From Cetorhinus maximus (taxonomy: Eukaryota), in the NCBI RefSeq assembly GCF_964194155.1, contig NC_135900.1:18972001-19036000 (forward strand): a stretch of 64,000 bases of DNA, read 5' to 3'. A program made the translations under genes and the position numbers. Each line of letters opens with the position of its first letter. The first letter of the stretch is position 1. A model generated the notes under the pieces. It made no database searches. It saw only the letters and a list, made by a program, of their open reading frames with translations, and was not told the DNA's origin. Positions 25,331 through 38,559 of the stretch are shown in pieces.

Positions 25331-27493
25331 ACAAAAGCAAAATACTGCGAGTGCTAGAAATCTGAAATAACAATACTGGGAATACTTGGGTCATGCAACA
25401 TCTGTGGAAAGAAAATGTTCAGGTGTTGGGTCAATGCCCTTTCATCAAAACTGGAAAAAGCTAGAGATGTAACAAGTTTTAAAAATACAGGCAGAGGGAG
25501 AACTAAAAGGCAAAGTTTGGGGTTACGGCAAGAGTGATTTAAATGACCAAGAGAATGGCAAGCAAAAAAATTGGAAATGGGACAAGTAAGCAAAAAGATG
25601 GGTTTACAGGAGGTGTCAACAAGAATAGCAGAATTATCACAACATCTGCCAGAAAAAATGGCAGAGGTTCACAATCTGCAATTGTTGAAATCAGTGATTC
25701 TAGAAGGTTGTAAAGTGCCTAATTGAAAAATGTGATGCTATTCCTTGAAGCAGTGTAGGAGACTGAGCAGGGACCAGAATGCAAATCGAGTGGAGAATTA
25801 AAATGACAGGTGATCAACAGCTCCATGTCACACTTGTGGACTGACCCGAGATGTTGCACACAACTGTCATCCAATCTGCATTTGGTCTCCCCGAAGTAGA
25901 GATAGCATGCACAGTGAATATGGTATACTAAACTGAAAGATGTAAATTCCTACTTCACCTAGAAGTGTTTGGGGTCCTTGATAATGGGAAAAGAAGAGGT
26001 AAAAGGGCAGATATTGCATTTCTGTGGGAAGGGCTTGGTTGGAGGGGGGGTGGGGGGTGCAGATTGAGGAGTGGACCAGGGTTTTGAAGTGGGATTGGAA
26101 GGAAGTGAAGATTTATTTGGTGGTGGCAGAAGTAGTTGAAGATGACCTTTTGACTGGAGACTAAAGGTGGAAGCTGAGGAACCCTATCATGCTTCTAGGA
26201 GGGAGGGAAAGAGTGACAAAAGTGCAAGAAATAGAAAAGACACAGTTGAGAGCCCTATCACCCATAGTGGAATGGAATGATCAGTTGAGAAAAACGACAG
26301 CGGATGCACTGGTATGAAGGTGGCAATATCTGAACAGATGCGATGGAGACAGAGAAATTACGAGGATAGAACAGAATCCTTACAGCAAATGGCGTCAGTG
26401 GGCTCACTTGGCTAGGAAATGAAGGCAGAAAAGTCGAGAAAGGGAAGATTCAGTGATGGACCATGTGAAGAGGTGAGAAGGGTGGAAACTGGGAGCAGCA
26501 TTGAAATGAGGCGAGGTAGGAAATGGCAACAACACAGACAATGTGAGAGGAAAAGGGGACTGAAGCACTGGAACAAAATGCCGTGTATCTCAAAGGCAGG
26601 CCCAGCTAGGGCCATGCCATAGCAACACTTTTCTGCGGAGTCAGGAGAAATTGTTCAGTATGAAAGCAAGTTCAGCCAGGCAGAGGAGGGTGTTGGTGGA
26701 TGAGGATTGTTTGGACCTCCATTCAAGGAAGCAGCAGAGAACCCTTAGGCATAGTGGGGAATGCAATGTAGAGGGATTGGATGCCCATGGTTAGGGGCAT
26801 AAGACTAAATTAAACTAAGACTAAAGTGGCAGAGGGCATTGGAAAAGTCGTGGATGTAGGTGGTAAGAGACTGGTCAAGGGAAGTAAGCTGAGATGGGAA
26901 GAAATCTGCCTAGACTCCAACTTATTCCATGTGGATTCCAACTGAAATCCCACTCTTCATTTTACAGATCTGTCGGGAGTACAGCTGTTTCCAAGATGTT
27001 CAGCTTGTCTTGAACCACTGATTTACCATATTTAGGCTTATTGCCTTGCGCTACCATATGTAAGCTCTCAATCTCCCTCTTCAGCACTGATGCACTCTTA
27101 CTCTCAGCTATCCTGGTCCACAGTTTCATTGTTAACCTCATTAAGTGCTTTAACAAAGAACTTTGATTCTTCTTCCTATTCGGGCATCAGGGATCGTAAG
27201 CTTCAACAACTCTTGGGTACCAATATGATGTCTTCACTTTTTCCCTCTGGTCTGTTGCTTCTTCCAATTTCAACCTTTACCTTGCGTTCACTATCTCCTC
27301 TGACCTTTATCTCTGACCTCAAATGATCAACCCTCAGCAAAGGCACCAGTTTCTTCCCCTTAGACCCACAGCTCAGTGAATTTCAAGCTTGTCATGATGC
27401 TGAGCTCTTCTCTCACTTCTGCCTCTGCACCCGTTTCTCCAGCGTTTCCTATTTTTATTACAGATTTCCAGCATCACGGTATTTTGCTTTTGT
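25331..27493 (-). mobile_element. Decayed Penelope-like retroelement (RT plus GIY-YIG) with ~40-bp terminal inverted repeat
   Basis: Minus-strand LVYHIHC...YFGETKCRL (about 25860-25940; GIY-YIG) and a VAM-GPS-ACL RT motif (about 26580-26635). The ends ACAAAAGCAAAATAC and GTATTTTGCTTTTGT are inverted. Confidence 0.8.
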
Positions 27494-27499
27494 GGGATA

Positions 27500-30400
27500 T
27501 ATGGAATATCCTTTGTTCTAGTGCTACTTAGGTCCTGAATTAATAGTGTAATTTTCCTGCTATTGGCCCAAGTTAAAAAATTTCATCAAATTCGCTTCCA
27601 AATTCCATCCTTCTCTCCTTTTTATGTTGTTACAGACAGGAGGGGGTTAGTTCAAACAGCTCTGTTTCCCTCTTACCAGCTGTCCTTAAACAGAAGATGT
27701 TTTGAATTGGATTTTTTTAAGAATAAGCTGTGGCATATTTTCTCAACCCCTCAGTTTTGTGTGACCCAACTTCACTAATAATCCTGCAGCAAAACCCACG
27801 AAAAGGAGTGTTAGCAACGTCCCACTCTGCTTTCATACAGTAAAGGGAGGGATAGAGGAAAGGAGGTTTTATAGTACAAGGACCACAGAGGAACTGAATG
27901 TTGGTTCATGTGAGTTCCAGAGTCCCAAAGTCAGAGATCAATGACGAAGTCTTTCAGATAGGCCTTCGATTGTTGGCTAGCTGGAGACAGAGTTGTAAGA
28001 TTCGTTTTTCAGGTGGCATTGATATCACAAGATGAAGTAGGCACGTGAAGATTGCATCAGTTCTGTAGGTTAGATGGGCCAGTGGTCCAACCTGGACAGA
28101 GCTTGCTTCTGTGTGGCCTGCCAGTTGGATGTTAACAGACTGCACAGATCAGAAAGGTAATACTAAACTGCTCAAAAGGTCAGGGTCTTGGGTCATGTGA
28201 CCTTCCCCACAGTGACTTCAACAAAGGATGTTTATCCAGCGTCTGGAATTTGGCTTAGTTTTTGGGACTGATAATGTCTCAGACGTTATGGGTTGAAAGG
28301 GGTGTCATTCATCTCGAGGGCCTGGTGTTTGGGAAGGCATTGACTTAGCAGACTTATAGACTCTGCTAGCAAGGCTGGCTTATCAAATGCAAATGGTGTC
28401 TCTGTAGCTCCTTTTGAAATTGGTCTTTACAGCCCCAGGTGGCCTGTTAGAAGCTCTAGGCATAATGAGGTGTGACATTCCCAAAACCCAGAGAATTATT
28501 TTGTTCTGGAGACTGCTGGGGATAATTTCCAGACAGAGTGCCAACAATCTTTGACTTTGTTCAGCAGAAAAGTCCAATTTAAAAATAAATAGCATTAAGG
28601 ATAAAGTTTTTAAATATACACAGGGTTGGGTTCAGTGTCAAGAGAAACCCAACAGGCCTTCCCCCTCTTAGGAAAAAATGAAATAGAATTCATTTTTTCC
28701 TATGTGGTCTTGCGAGAGAAAACCAGGAAGAGGTATGCAGTCATTCTCTCATTCACACTTGAAAGTCAAACACACAGCTAGAAGAGCAATGTCAGTTCCC
28801 TGCAGCATTTTTGGACCCGGGATTGGGCCTCCTTCCCTGCGATGTGGGTAACGTTTAGGTTGACCTGAGGGGGCATTCAAAATCTGTCTTTGGTGGGGAA
28901 GTCTATTCAAGGGTTAGAATTCTGAATTTTCTTTGTTGGGATCAGGTGTAAACAAAGCCATTGCTTTCAGAACAGTGTCCAAATCCTGATTATGTATGTT
29001 CCAAAGGGCCTGGGGTTTTACATGGCGGTTGGCATCCAGGTGGTTAATAATGGTCAGGTTGTTCTGGGCTATCTGTAGAAGGATTCTGGGCTTCTCACTC
29101 TGAGTACAAAATCTTTTGATAATAGGGCTGAGCAGCTCTTGTCCAGCTTAACTCTTCCCTGGTAACTTGTGGGTTCAGTTGTTCAAACCCAGGCACTGTG
29201 GTCACACTGATTGCCAGGAAATTGGGGTTTTAAAGGCGATTTTGGCCCCTTTCAGGGATCCCAGTTCAGTATCCTGCTTGGGTGCGAGCATAACGGAGAT
29301 GCTCCAGCAAGGTGTTATGGGTTGGCACTGCAACAGGCAGATAATCTTCTCCCAAACCTGGGCCAGCCTTTCTGGACCCAGATGATGAAGAGATTGCCCT
29401 AGGAAAGGGATCCATACCAGGTAGGGTTACAGTGATGCAGCCTGGTGTGCTTTTACAGGTCGCTTTAAATGCGGTGGGCAGCCCTGTCAGGTTGCCTCAA
29501 AATTCTGCATTAAGGTGGGTGAGCATCGGGTCCAATCTTGTTGGAATTTCACCGTTGGTCAGTTGGACAGTAGGAGGTTCAAAGTGGGCTTCACCTAGGT
29601 CTCTGCAATTTTACTGTTCCATGCTTAGCCTTTTGCTTTGGGAATGGGATTTCCTCTAAGCTGTTCCATGTCTTTTGGAACACTTCTGCCCCCTGGTGGA
29701 TGGTAAGCTCCTGCTGTACTTACCTGTTATTTTCAACAAACTGAGGCATCACCCTCACTCTGGTTCTATTTGGGAACTTACCCGGTCTCCATTTAAATTT
29801 GCCATGAAGCTATCAGCTAAGCCAGTCATTGGCTCCTTAGCATATGCGCTTGGCTTAGGAGTGGGTTTCCCTCTAACTTGTTTCATGTCACCTGGAACAC
29901 TTCTGCCCTCAAGTGCAGGTTAAGCTCCTGCTATATCCCCTTGTGGCTCTTCAACTGGGTGAGGTGTCTCACTCACTATCTGCTTGTCTGCTTGGGAACT
30001 CCCTTCGTCTCTATTTAAATTTGGAAAAAAGGTTTCTACACCATTCTTCAGGCAATTCCTTAACCTTTTTCTTGCCTATTTTAATAATTTGCCTTCCCTC
30101 AGGCTCTTCAACCACGTGGGGCATCTCCCTCACTATCTCTTTCCCTGCTCAGGGACTTCTCTGGCCTCGTTTAATTCTGGGATTTTCTGTGGGTCCGATT
30201 TAAATTCTATTGGCCCCTCCTGGACTTCTTTTAACTCAACAGGTCGAACTTAAGCTTTGTTAAATTCTAGCAGCTGTTGTTCAATGGTTATGGCTTTTAT
30301 TTCACCCTTTGGGGCCTCAGGACATTCTCCAGCTCCCTGCGCTCCTCCTGATTTCTGATGGCTGATGTTGGCTTCTTTTTCGCTAGCTAACACTTTGCTG

Positions 30401-33310
30401 CCAGCCAAATTGTTTCCGAGGAGTAAATCAATTTCTGCTACTGGCTGCTCGGACAAATCCCACCATGACAGGACCTGAAACAGAGTCACACTCTAGACCC
30501 ACAGGCTTCCCTCGCAACCTGCAGTGCTCTAAGTCTTGAGTGGCCTACTTATTACAGTGGGAACACACCGGTCTCCAGGTGCTCTCCTTTCGGGCTGCAG
30601 GAGGGCTTCTCACACTCTCGTTTGTGTTGTGTTTCTGCATGAAGGGCCTTTCCTATCTATGAAACCCCGCTTACCTTTCCAATGTCATGGGAATGGTTTG
30701 GAAAGGGTCTGCATAAGTGCCTAGGCTTATGGGTGAGATCGTAGCTGTCTGCTGTGAGGATTCTCTGCTCCTCTAAGTGCATCCATAGGTTAGAGGGTAA
30801 GCAGTATTTGAATTCCTCCAATAATATCGAATCACACAATCCTTCGTAGGTGCGTGGGATTTTTAAAGAACGGACCCAATTTGCTTTAGCTGTTCAAACT
30901 CAATGTGGGTCTAGGTGGGCTTCTTACGAGTGTTCCAGGATTGCTGGCGATATGCCTCCGGGACTAACTCATAGGCACTAAGGATGGCAGCCTTGGTCTG
31001 TTCATGATTAAAGAACACATCAGGAGCCAACATGGAGCAGACCTCTTGGGCTCTCCCTGACAGCTACCCTTGAATTAAAAATGTCCAGATACCGGAAAGC
31101 TATTTTAGTTGTCCTTCTACTTTCTCATAAGTGGTAAAAAAATGACTTTATGTCACACTCTTCGAATTTGGGAATGAATCCAGCATTCTTGAGGGCCTCA
31201 GAGTGGTTCTGGGGTAGGGAAATAGAGGGTGCTACCAGGTAGAGAGGTTTTCCTTTGCAGCTTCTAGCTGTTTGGTGTCTCTACCTTTTAAGGTTATAGC
31301 TCCATTTCCAATTTTCGGAGCTGGAATTCTTCTTTCTCTTCAGTTTGTCTTTCTGTCTCCTGAAATTCTAGCTGCAGCATAAGCTTTTCCAGCTCAAACT
31401 TGGCTAGGGGAAGAAATTCGGAGTCAGGATTGAGCTCCCCATCTACCTGCTCTGTCAGATACATGAGCTCCAAATGCTGTACCAGCAACTGGATCAGTTG
31501 ACTTCTTTTCACCTTACTGGGTAATTTCAACTCTACCTCCCTAGCTACAGCTTTCAGTTGCTCTAAGCATAGGGATGCTAGTGTCTCACCATTTAGGTCT
31601 CCTTGTCTCACCCAAACCTATGCATCAAAAGTTGCCATTTCCTTAGTGTTAGGAAAAATGGAACTTGCTGTGGTAAGTCCTTGTGGGTTTTTTTTAACGT
31701 TCCAGCCATCAAGTTTTACTTTTAACTTCCAGTTGGCTCCTTTATGTCAGATTTGGCTGATGTCTTAAATTTGGATTCTGGTCAAATTCGAATGGGTCAT
31801 CCTGGACTTGAGCTCCCAATTTCTGTTACAGACAGGAGGGGGTCAGTTCAAATGGCACTGTTTTCCTCTTATCACCTGTCCGTAAACAGAAGGTGTTTTG
31901 AATTAGGTTTTTTTTTTAAAGAACAAGCTGTGGTGTATTTTGCCAACCACTTGGTTTTTGTGTGATCCAATTTTACTAATAATCCCACAGCAAACTTGAG
32001 TTAGGATTAATTTAGCAGGTTACTTTATGGTACATATTCAAAACCCACAAAAAGGAGTGTTAGCAACGCCCCACTCCGCATTCAAACATTAAAGGAAGGG
32101 ATAGAGGAAAGGAGGTTTTGTAGTACGAGGACCACAGAGAAACTGAATATTGGTTCATGTGAGTTCCAGAGTCCCAAAGTCAGAGATCAATGACGAAGTC
32201 TTTCAGATAGGCCTTTGATAGTTGGCTAGCTGGAGGCAGAGTTGTAAGATTCGTTTTTCAGGTGCTTTTTTGATGTCGCATGATGAAGTTGGCATGTGAA
32301 AATTACATAGGTTCTGTAGGCAATGATGTGAAATCTTCCAGTAGAGTCAGGTCAGATGGGCCAGTGGTCCAATCTGGACAGAGCTTGCTTCTGTGTGGCC
32401 TGCTAGTTGGATGTTAAACAGCAGACTGCACAGATCAGAAAGGTAATACTAAACTGCTCAAAAGGCCAGGGTCTTGGGTCATGTGACCTTCCTTCCTCAG
32501 TAACTTCAACAAAGGATGTTTATCCAGCAACTGGAATTTGACTTTGTTTTCAGCTCTGATAATGTCTCAGCCATTATGGGTTGAAAGAGGTGCCATTTGT
32601 GTTGAAGATCTGGTATTTGGGAAAACATTGTCTCAGCAGGCCTACAGACTCCACTAGCAAGGTTGGTTTATCAAATGCAAATGTTGTCCCTGTAGCTCCT
32701 TTTGAAATTGATTTGTACAGTCCCAGGTGGTCTGTTAGAAGCTCCTTGGGCATAATGAGGTGTGACATTCCCGAAACTAAGAGAACCCATTTGTTCTGGA
32801 GACTGCTGGGGATAATTTCCAGACAGAGGGTGAACCATCTTCATTGTCTTTGTTCAGCAGAAAAGTCCAATTTAAAAATAAAATAGTAATGAGGATAAAG
32901 TTTTTAAATATATACAGAATTGGGTTTCTGTTCTGTGTTGGAAGAACCCAACAATATAATCCATCTCTGACTTCCCTGCCTTGGTTTTGCTGTCTCCATT
33001 TGTGTGGATAAGACCACTATCCACAGCACTGTCCACAATGGATTCCTAAACACCAGTGGATAGTGGATGATTTCCTATCCACAGCTACATTGTCTACACT
33101 TTCGTCTACCCTGTAAAGACTTTATTTCATTTTCTTAGTTTCTCTGCCTCATCGCATCTGTTCAGATGATGCCACACCCCAGTGCTTCTGATATGTTTTC
33201 CCTTCTCTTCAACTAAGGATTCTTCTCCATGCAGTTGACAGGGCCCTCATCTATGTATGTTCCATTTCCTGTATTTCTGTTGTTACCCCTTCTCCCTCCC
33301 TCCCCTCAAC
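27500..33310 (+). mobile_element. Penelope-like RT fragment (27500-27627 plus 32954-33310) split by the LTR element
   Basis: FIKFASN-HPSL-like sequence before the LTR continues as SISD...CKDFISFS-FLCL-RICSDDA after it. Confidence 0.65.
27628..32953 (-). mobile_element. Two-LTR Gypsy (Gmr1-like) element, non-autonomous: SCAN-like gag, zinc knuckle and protease remnant, no RT/IN seen
   Basis: Direct repeats 27628-28654 and 31824-32953 (TGTTACAGACAGG...CCCAACA). PPT complement GGCCTTCCCCCTC at 28655. Degenerate tRNA-Pro PBS TGGGAGCTCAAGTCCAGGAT on the minus strand next to 31824. Motifs ILLEEFKYCLP...HLEEQ...ADSYDLTHK and IDLLLGNNLAG. Flanks ATGT/ATAT resemble a 4-bp TSD. Confidence 0.9.
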
Positions 33311-35049
33311 CATATGGAATACCAATTAATAGTAAATGAGAAATGTTATAAAAAAGTTACTTTAATTTTCCTTATACTAACATCCATGTTTTTACTTCTA
33401 ACCTCGCTCATATTATTTTACTATTTTTATTTATTTTACTTTTTGTTCCCCACCCAATCTAACCTGTGCTATTATCTCTAAAGTATTTAGAATTAAATGT
33501 TCAGATAACTTGTTTCCTGGCTTATTCCATACGTTTTGGAAACTGGACCCAGTTTTTATTTTCCTCATCAAAAGAAGATGGAAAACCCAGGATATTGACA
33601 TGGTCAAATCAAAGACGAATTGAGCTGAATCTTTGAGATGCTTCCCATATAGTTTAAAGGGAAGTCTTATGAGCATTTAGTTGTGACAATGCTTTGATAC
33701 AAAGCTGTTAGGCAGCGGGACATTAGAAGTATGCAATCTCAAATGTTTGCTGATAACCTATTTTCTAGGTTGGAAACATTGTGTTATGAATAGTGCCTTT
33801 TTCTATGGGTGAATCTTCAATTTGGCTTTGACCCAGGTTTAACAGATTCTGCAGACTGCAGCAAATCTTGGTCTGGAACAATGAGCATTAATATTGTCAA
33901 TTGAAAAGGAGAGCGATAAGGGATTTGGAAGGATTCCAGTCTTCAAATCCTGGTATAAATAGAGCATGAAAATGCTTAACATTCTCCTCCATGGATCCAT
34001 GCCTCCATGCATCCTACATTTTAAAACGAGAAAAGGGTAAACTACAATCCTTAACCTGCTTCATACATATCAGTTCATATTAATTACTGGTTTAATCCTC
34101 AAATTCAAAACTTTTCTGTTTCAAATCCCAAAAAATCAGAAGTTTGTGGCAGGAAAAGTTGTTTCACGAATGTTTTTGTCAATATTATGAAAATAAAACG
34201 ATACACAATATGGGGGGGGGAAATCATATGTTATACGCAAGCCACATCAAGTAGGATAAGCAGTTTCCATATAAGGAAAGATGTCTGTTGACAATGAGTG
34301 AGTAATGTTTGCTGGTGTTTCTGAAGATTCCATGTGGAAGCTGAAAATCTAGGTGACCTTGTTTTATCATCATTTAAGCATACCCGTCAGATTGGTATAA
34401 GGTGTTTCTGCCACATTTTCCCACTGTTCCATTTATATCTTGGTTATGCTGAGGGTAGTGGTTGAGTTTTTTGAAAGTTGATTTGAGTACACCTTCAAAT
34501 GGTAAAAATTGTGCATGCTTCAACTATGATGTTCTTTTGAAACAATAAATGGGACGTGGTGAGCAATTTTGCATATTTTAAGTCCAGATCGAAGCACTCA
34601 TGACAGGCTTGTGGACAAGCGCAGTACAAGTTCTGGAAAGTGCCAGAAGCATGATGATTGGAGCATTCTCCCCTACTGACATGCATTCCCTTTATTGTTG
34701 GAAAATTACCAAATAAGGCATTGTTTAAAAAAAGCCAAAGAATGACTCACGAGTAATGAGGGACAAAGTGAATTTGGATATTAATTTATAAACTATGACT
34801 GAAAATCTTATTAGAAATGCCCTTTTACTCTAGTTCAGTGCTTTATTTTAAATTAGTAATATTCAAGGACCTTGTGGTTGTTGTTTTAATAGTGTTTACA
34901 TAAAAATAAATGACTATCGTCAATGTGCCATATCTATCCCTCATCCCTTAATCCTCGGAGGTACTGAAATATGTTGAGGTATGGCTTTTATCATGTGACA
35001 TTTGGCTCAAATTAAAATCCTAAAAACTCCCTCGAGTGTAAATGTTTTT

Positions 35050-35330
35050 GCTATTTGGTCCTGGGGAGTGAGAGGAGATGGGAAGGGAACATCACAGCTG
35101 ATCTCAATTCTACTTCACCCGGCATATATATGAATCACTAGATAGCAATAAAAGCTAATGACCTGGCTAGTTTATTGGTGTTGGCCAATATAAACACCAC
35201 TGCTGCCCTCGCTGACATCAGTATAGATGGTACAGATCAGCAATTAAGCCAGAGCTTTTCTGGTCTATGTGACTTAGTAAATGCCACCTTTAACAATTGA
35301 GCCTTCAGGACAGCTCCACACGCACTATGT
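35050..35330 (-). mobile_element. Old tRNA-derived SINE
   Basis: Minus strand GGCTCAATTGTTAAAG...ATAGACCAGAAAAGCTCTGGCTTAATTGCTGATCTG, resembling a decayed A/B-box head. Confidence 0.45.
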
Positions 35331-37279
35331 TCATCTAAAGTTATTTCCTGTTTGAAATATACTGTTTTCATTTTAAGAAAAGTACATACTTAGGTTCCTA
35401 CAACAAGAGAGCCTAACAGAAAGACAAAACACCATGGGTTAAATGGGGGGAGGGGGATAGAGGTGCAACAGAGGCAAATACATGGATGACTTCAATGATC
35501 AAGAAATCCATAAGCTCTTCACTCTTGTTAAAAGGTGAGCGTAAAGGAGACAAGGGAAAAGGGTTTTAGAACCTGTGGTTATTGCTAGACTGCTTTCCTC
35601 AGGCAACAGAGAATGCATGTTACAGTGCTATACAAAGGGCCAGCATAAACATTATTCCTGTGCAAATATATTTTGATAGTGAAGCAAGTTAAATCACCAC
35701 AGAAACAAAAACAGAAAGCACTGGAAATGCAGCATCTGGCATGTGAACATAGAGATTTTTCAGGTACAGGACCCTCTCCCATCCCTCATGAAATGAAAAC
35801 ACATATCTTAGAAGAAACATTAACACATTATGAATTCTAAAGCTTTAGGGAATGCATGGATATAAAATATTTTGTTCAGAGATAGGAAGCGTTATGGTAG
35901 TATCTGAAGGACAATGAAGGGCAAATCATCTAAACTGAGATCTGCATCGCAGTTTAATAGTGGCATTTACACTATCTTTGCCAATGTTGCACCAAACTTT
36001 TTGGCACACTGGTACAGAAAGATGGTATGATGACCGTTTTATAATATAGAAGTGCTTCTGCTATTGAATAGATTCTAGATGGTGATAAATCACCCTACTT
36101 CTGTGGAGTGGACATTGGTAACAACAGGGCAACTGTGAACATGCAGGATTTGGTTTTGGGCCTGTTGCTCAGAAATTGCAATTCTTTGTCATTTTAGCCA
36201 TGCAGCCTCATGCCAGCAGTTATGCCAAAATCCAAAATAGTCAGCATGAAAGCAATTGCCACTGTGGAGAACCAGACATCTCTACCTCCATGAGCATTTT
36301 CTCAGGAGGTACTCAAAACAAAAAACATACTTGGAAAGTGTTGATGCATTAGATGGCATAAGCCCAGGATTCTTTGTTACAAGAAGTTCTCCATTATTGC
36401 TAATGTAAAGGTGTAGGAGGAAACACAAATACTTCCAAATAGCGGCCTTGCTTTGCCCTTGCCTTGCATTCTAAACTGTTCTTAAGAAATTAAGAATAGC
36501 AGGTACGATTTGATGTGTGAGTGTAAAAGTGGAGTGCACTTTCCTCCCACTGCAATGCAAGGAGGCCTGGCAGCCATCGCCTTCTGTTTGAATCATTGCT
36601 GAGATGTTAGTAGTAACTGGATTGCTCGATGCTATGTGAAGACTTTCTGTTAAGCTGTTAAGAGCAGTCCTAAAATGAAATCACGCGAAAACAAAACTCT
36701 GAACTTTTGTGCTCGAGTTGCACCAATGTTGTGGAATTAAACACATATCCACTTAGGATACCAAGTGATTTGTTCACAGATCAGATACAGATTAGGTTGG
36801 ATGTACAGTAATACCCTACTTACTTCACTGTCTACCCTAGTTACTTCAATGTCAAGCATACTATCAGAAGCAGCCCTGTAAAACAAAGCAATGGCAGTGT
36901 TGTGGGAGGCATCAGATTCCTGTTGTGATTAGAGTTTTCTTGAGGTGCTTTTGACCTCTGGGTACTGTGAATGACAAATATCAGCAACCCACCATTTTGG
37001 GTCTGGTGATGCTCATGAAGGCCAGTAATGGGTTTCCCCAATGTTAGCCTCTATGGATTGTCTCCCATTATCAAAGTTCATTTGGGGAGGTGGGGGATCG
37101 TTTTATTAAACGCATGATTTGTGTTATTCCTTTTGCATTCCACCATAGCTCTCTCTAATATTCCCGCTCTGCCTGGCAGCCTTTATGTTTTCTCCATTGT
37201 CTTTTGATCAGAGATGATTTATCAATGTACAGTACTGCGCCATCCAAAGACCCTGTTATTTACAATATTAAAAAATACA

Positions 37280-38337
37280 TGAGAAATCAGAAAGTGTGAA
37301 ATACTCAGCAGAACGGACAATATTTGTGGAGAGGGAAACATAGTTCACTTTTAAGGTCAATGATCTTCCATCAGAACTGGAAAAAGTTAAGAGATTTAAT
37401 AGGCTTTAAGCAAGAGTCGTGGATGTAAGTGGGAAGAGATTGGACAAATGGAGAATCAATACAGGAAGAAGTCAGTTCTGTGGGCCAAGATCAAGCTGCT
37501 CACGTTACAGTCTCCTCTACACTGGGGAGACCAAACACATCACTTCACAGAACATCTCCATTCAGTCTGCAAGTATGACCCTGAGCTTCCAGTTCCTGCC
37601 GTTGTAATTGTTTGCCTCATTCTCACCTCACTGTCCTCAACCTCCTATACTATTCCCATGGAACTCAGTGGAAACTTGAGGCACAGCACCTCATCTTTTG
37701 ATTAGGAATTTTACAGCCTTCCAGACTTAACATCAAGTTCAACAATTCCAAGTCATAATCGCTGTTTCCGTTTTTATTTTGGGACAGCAACTGTTGGTGA
37801 TTATTCTGTTCTGTTTTCACCTCCTCTATATCCATCTTCTGTTTCGTTGCTTGTAACCATAAGACAGAGAAGCAGAAGTAGGTCATTCGGCCCATCGAGT
37901 CTGCTCCGCCATTCAATGAGATCATGGCTGATCTGATAATCCTCAGCGCCACTTTCCTGCCTTTTCCCCCATAACCCTTGATTCCCATACTGATCAAAAA
38001 TCTGTCTATCTCAGCCTTGAATACACCTCACGACCCAGCCTCTACAGCCCTCTGCGGTAAAGAATTCCACAGATTCACTACCCTCTCAGAGAAGAAATTC
38101 CATTACCACCCCCATTTGCCTTGCAACCATCATCCCCTTTGCCTTTAATGTTTAGCGCCCTTTTCCTCTTGTCCTAACAACATCACCCCATCCCCTGCAT
38201 TTGTTCTTGCTTAACATATATTATTACATCCCTGAACTTTGGTTTCCAGTTCTGAGGAAAAGTCACTGACCTGAAACAATTCACTTTGTTTCTCTCTCCC
38301 ACAGATGCTGCCTGGCCTGCTGAGCATCTCCAGTTTT
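37280..38337 (+). mobile_element. Penelope-like 3' remnant (GIY-YIG plus terminal repeat, with inverted 5' copy), interrupted by a CR1 3' end (37857-38100, minus)
   Basis: CSRYSLLYTGETKH...FTEHLHSV at about 37495-37570; inverted terminal repeats at 37280-37400 and 38240-38337. Confidence 0.8.
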
Positions 38338-38559
38338 TAATGGGTGAAGGATTTGAAGTCCTCGGGGGCAAGTTACCACTAGCAGAACAGTGTACCCCCT
38401 GTTATGTGACATTTCTCAGAGACAGAAAAAACGGTGCAATTAGCATGTGTTTTGCATGTATTTCTGCATAGTTAAAGCGAAACTGGAAATCTGAAAATGG
38501 CATTTCTTAGACGCCAGGTGGGGTTAAGTTGCTTTCAGTGTTTAAACTCCAGCACCTTT

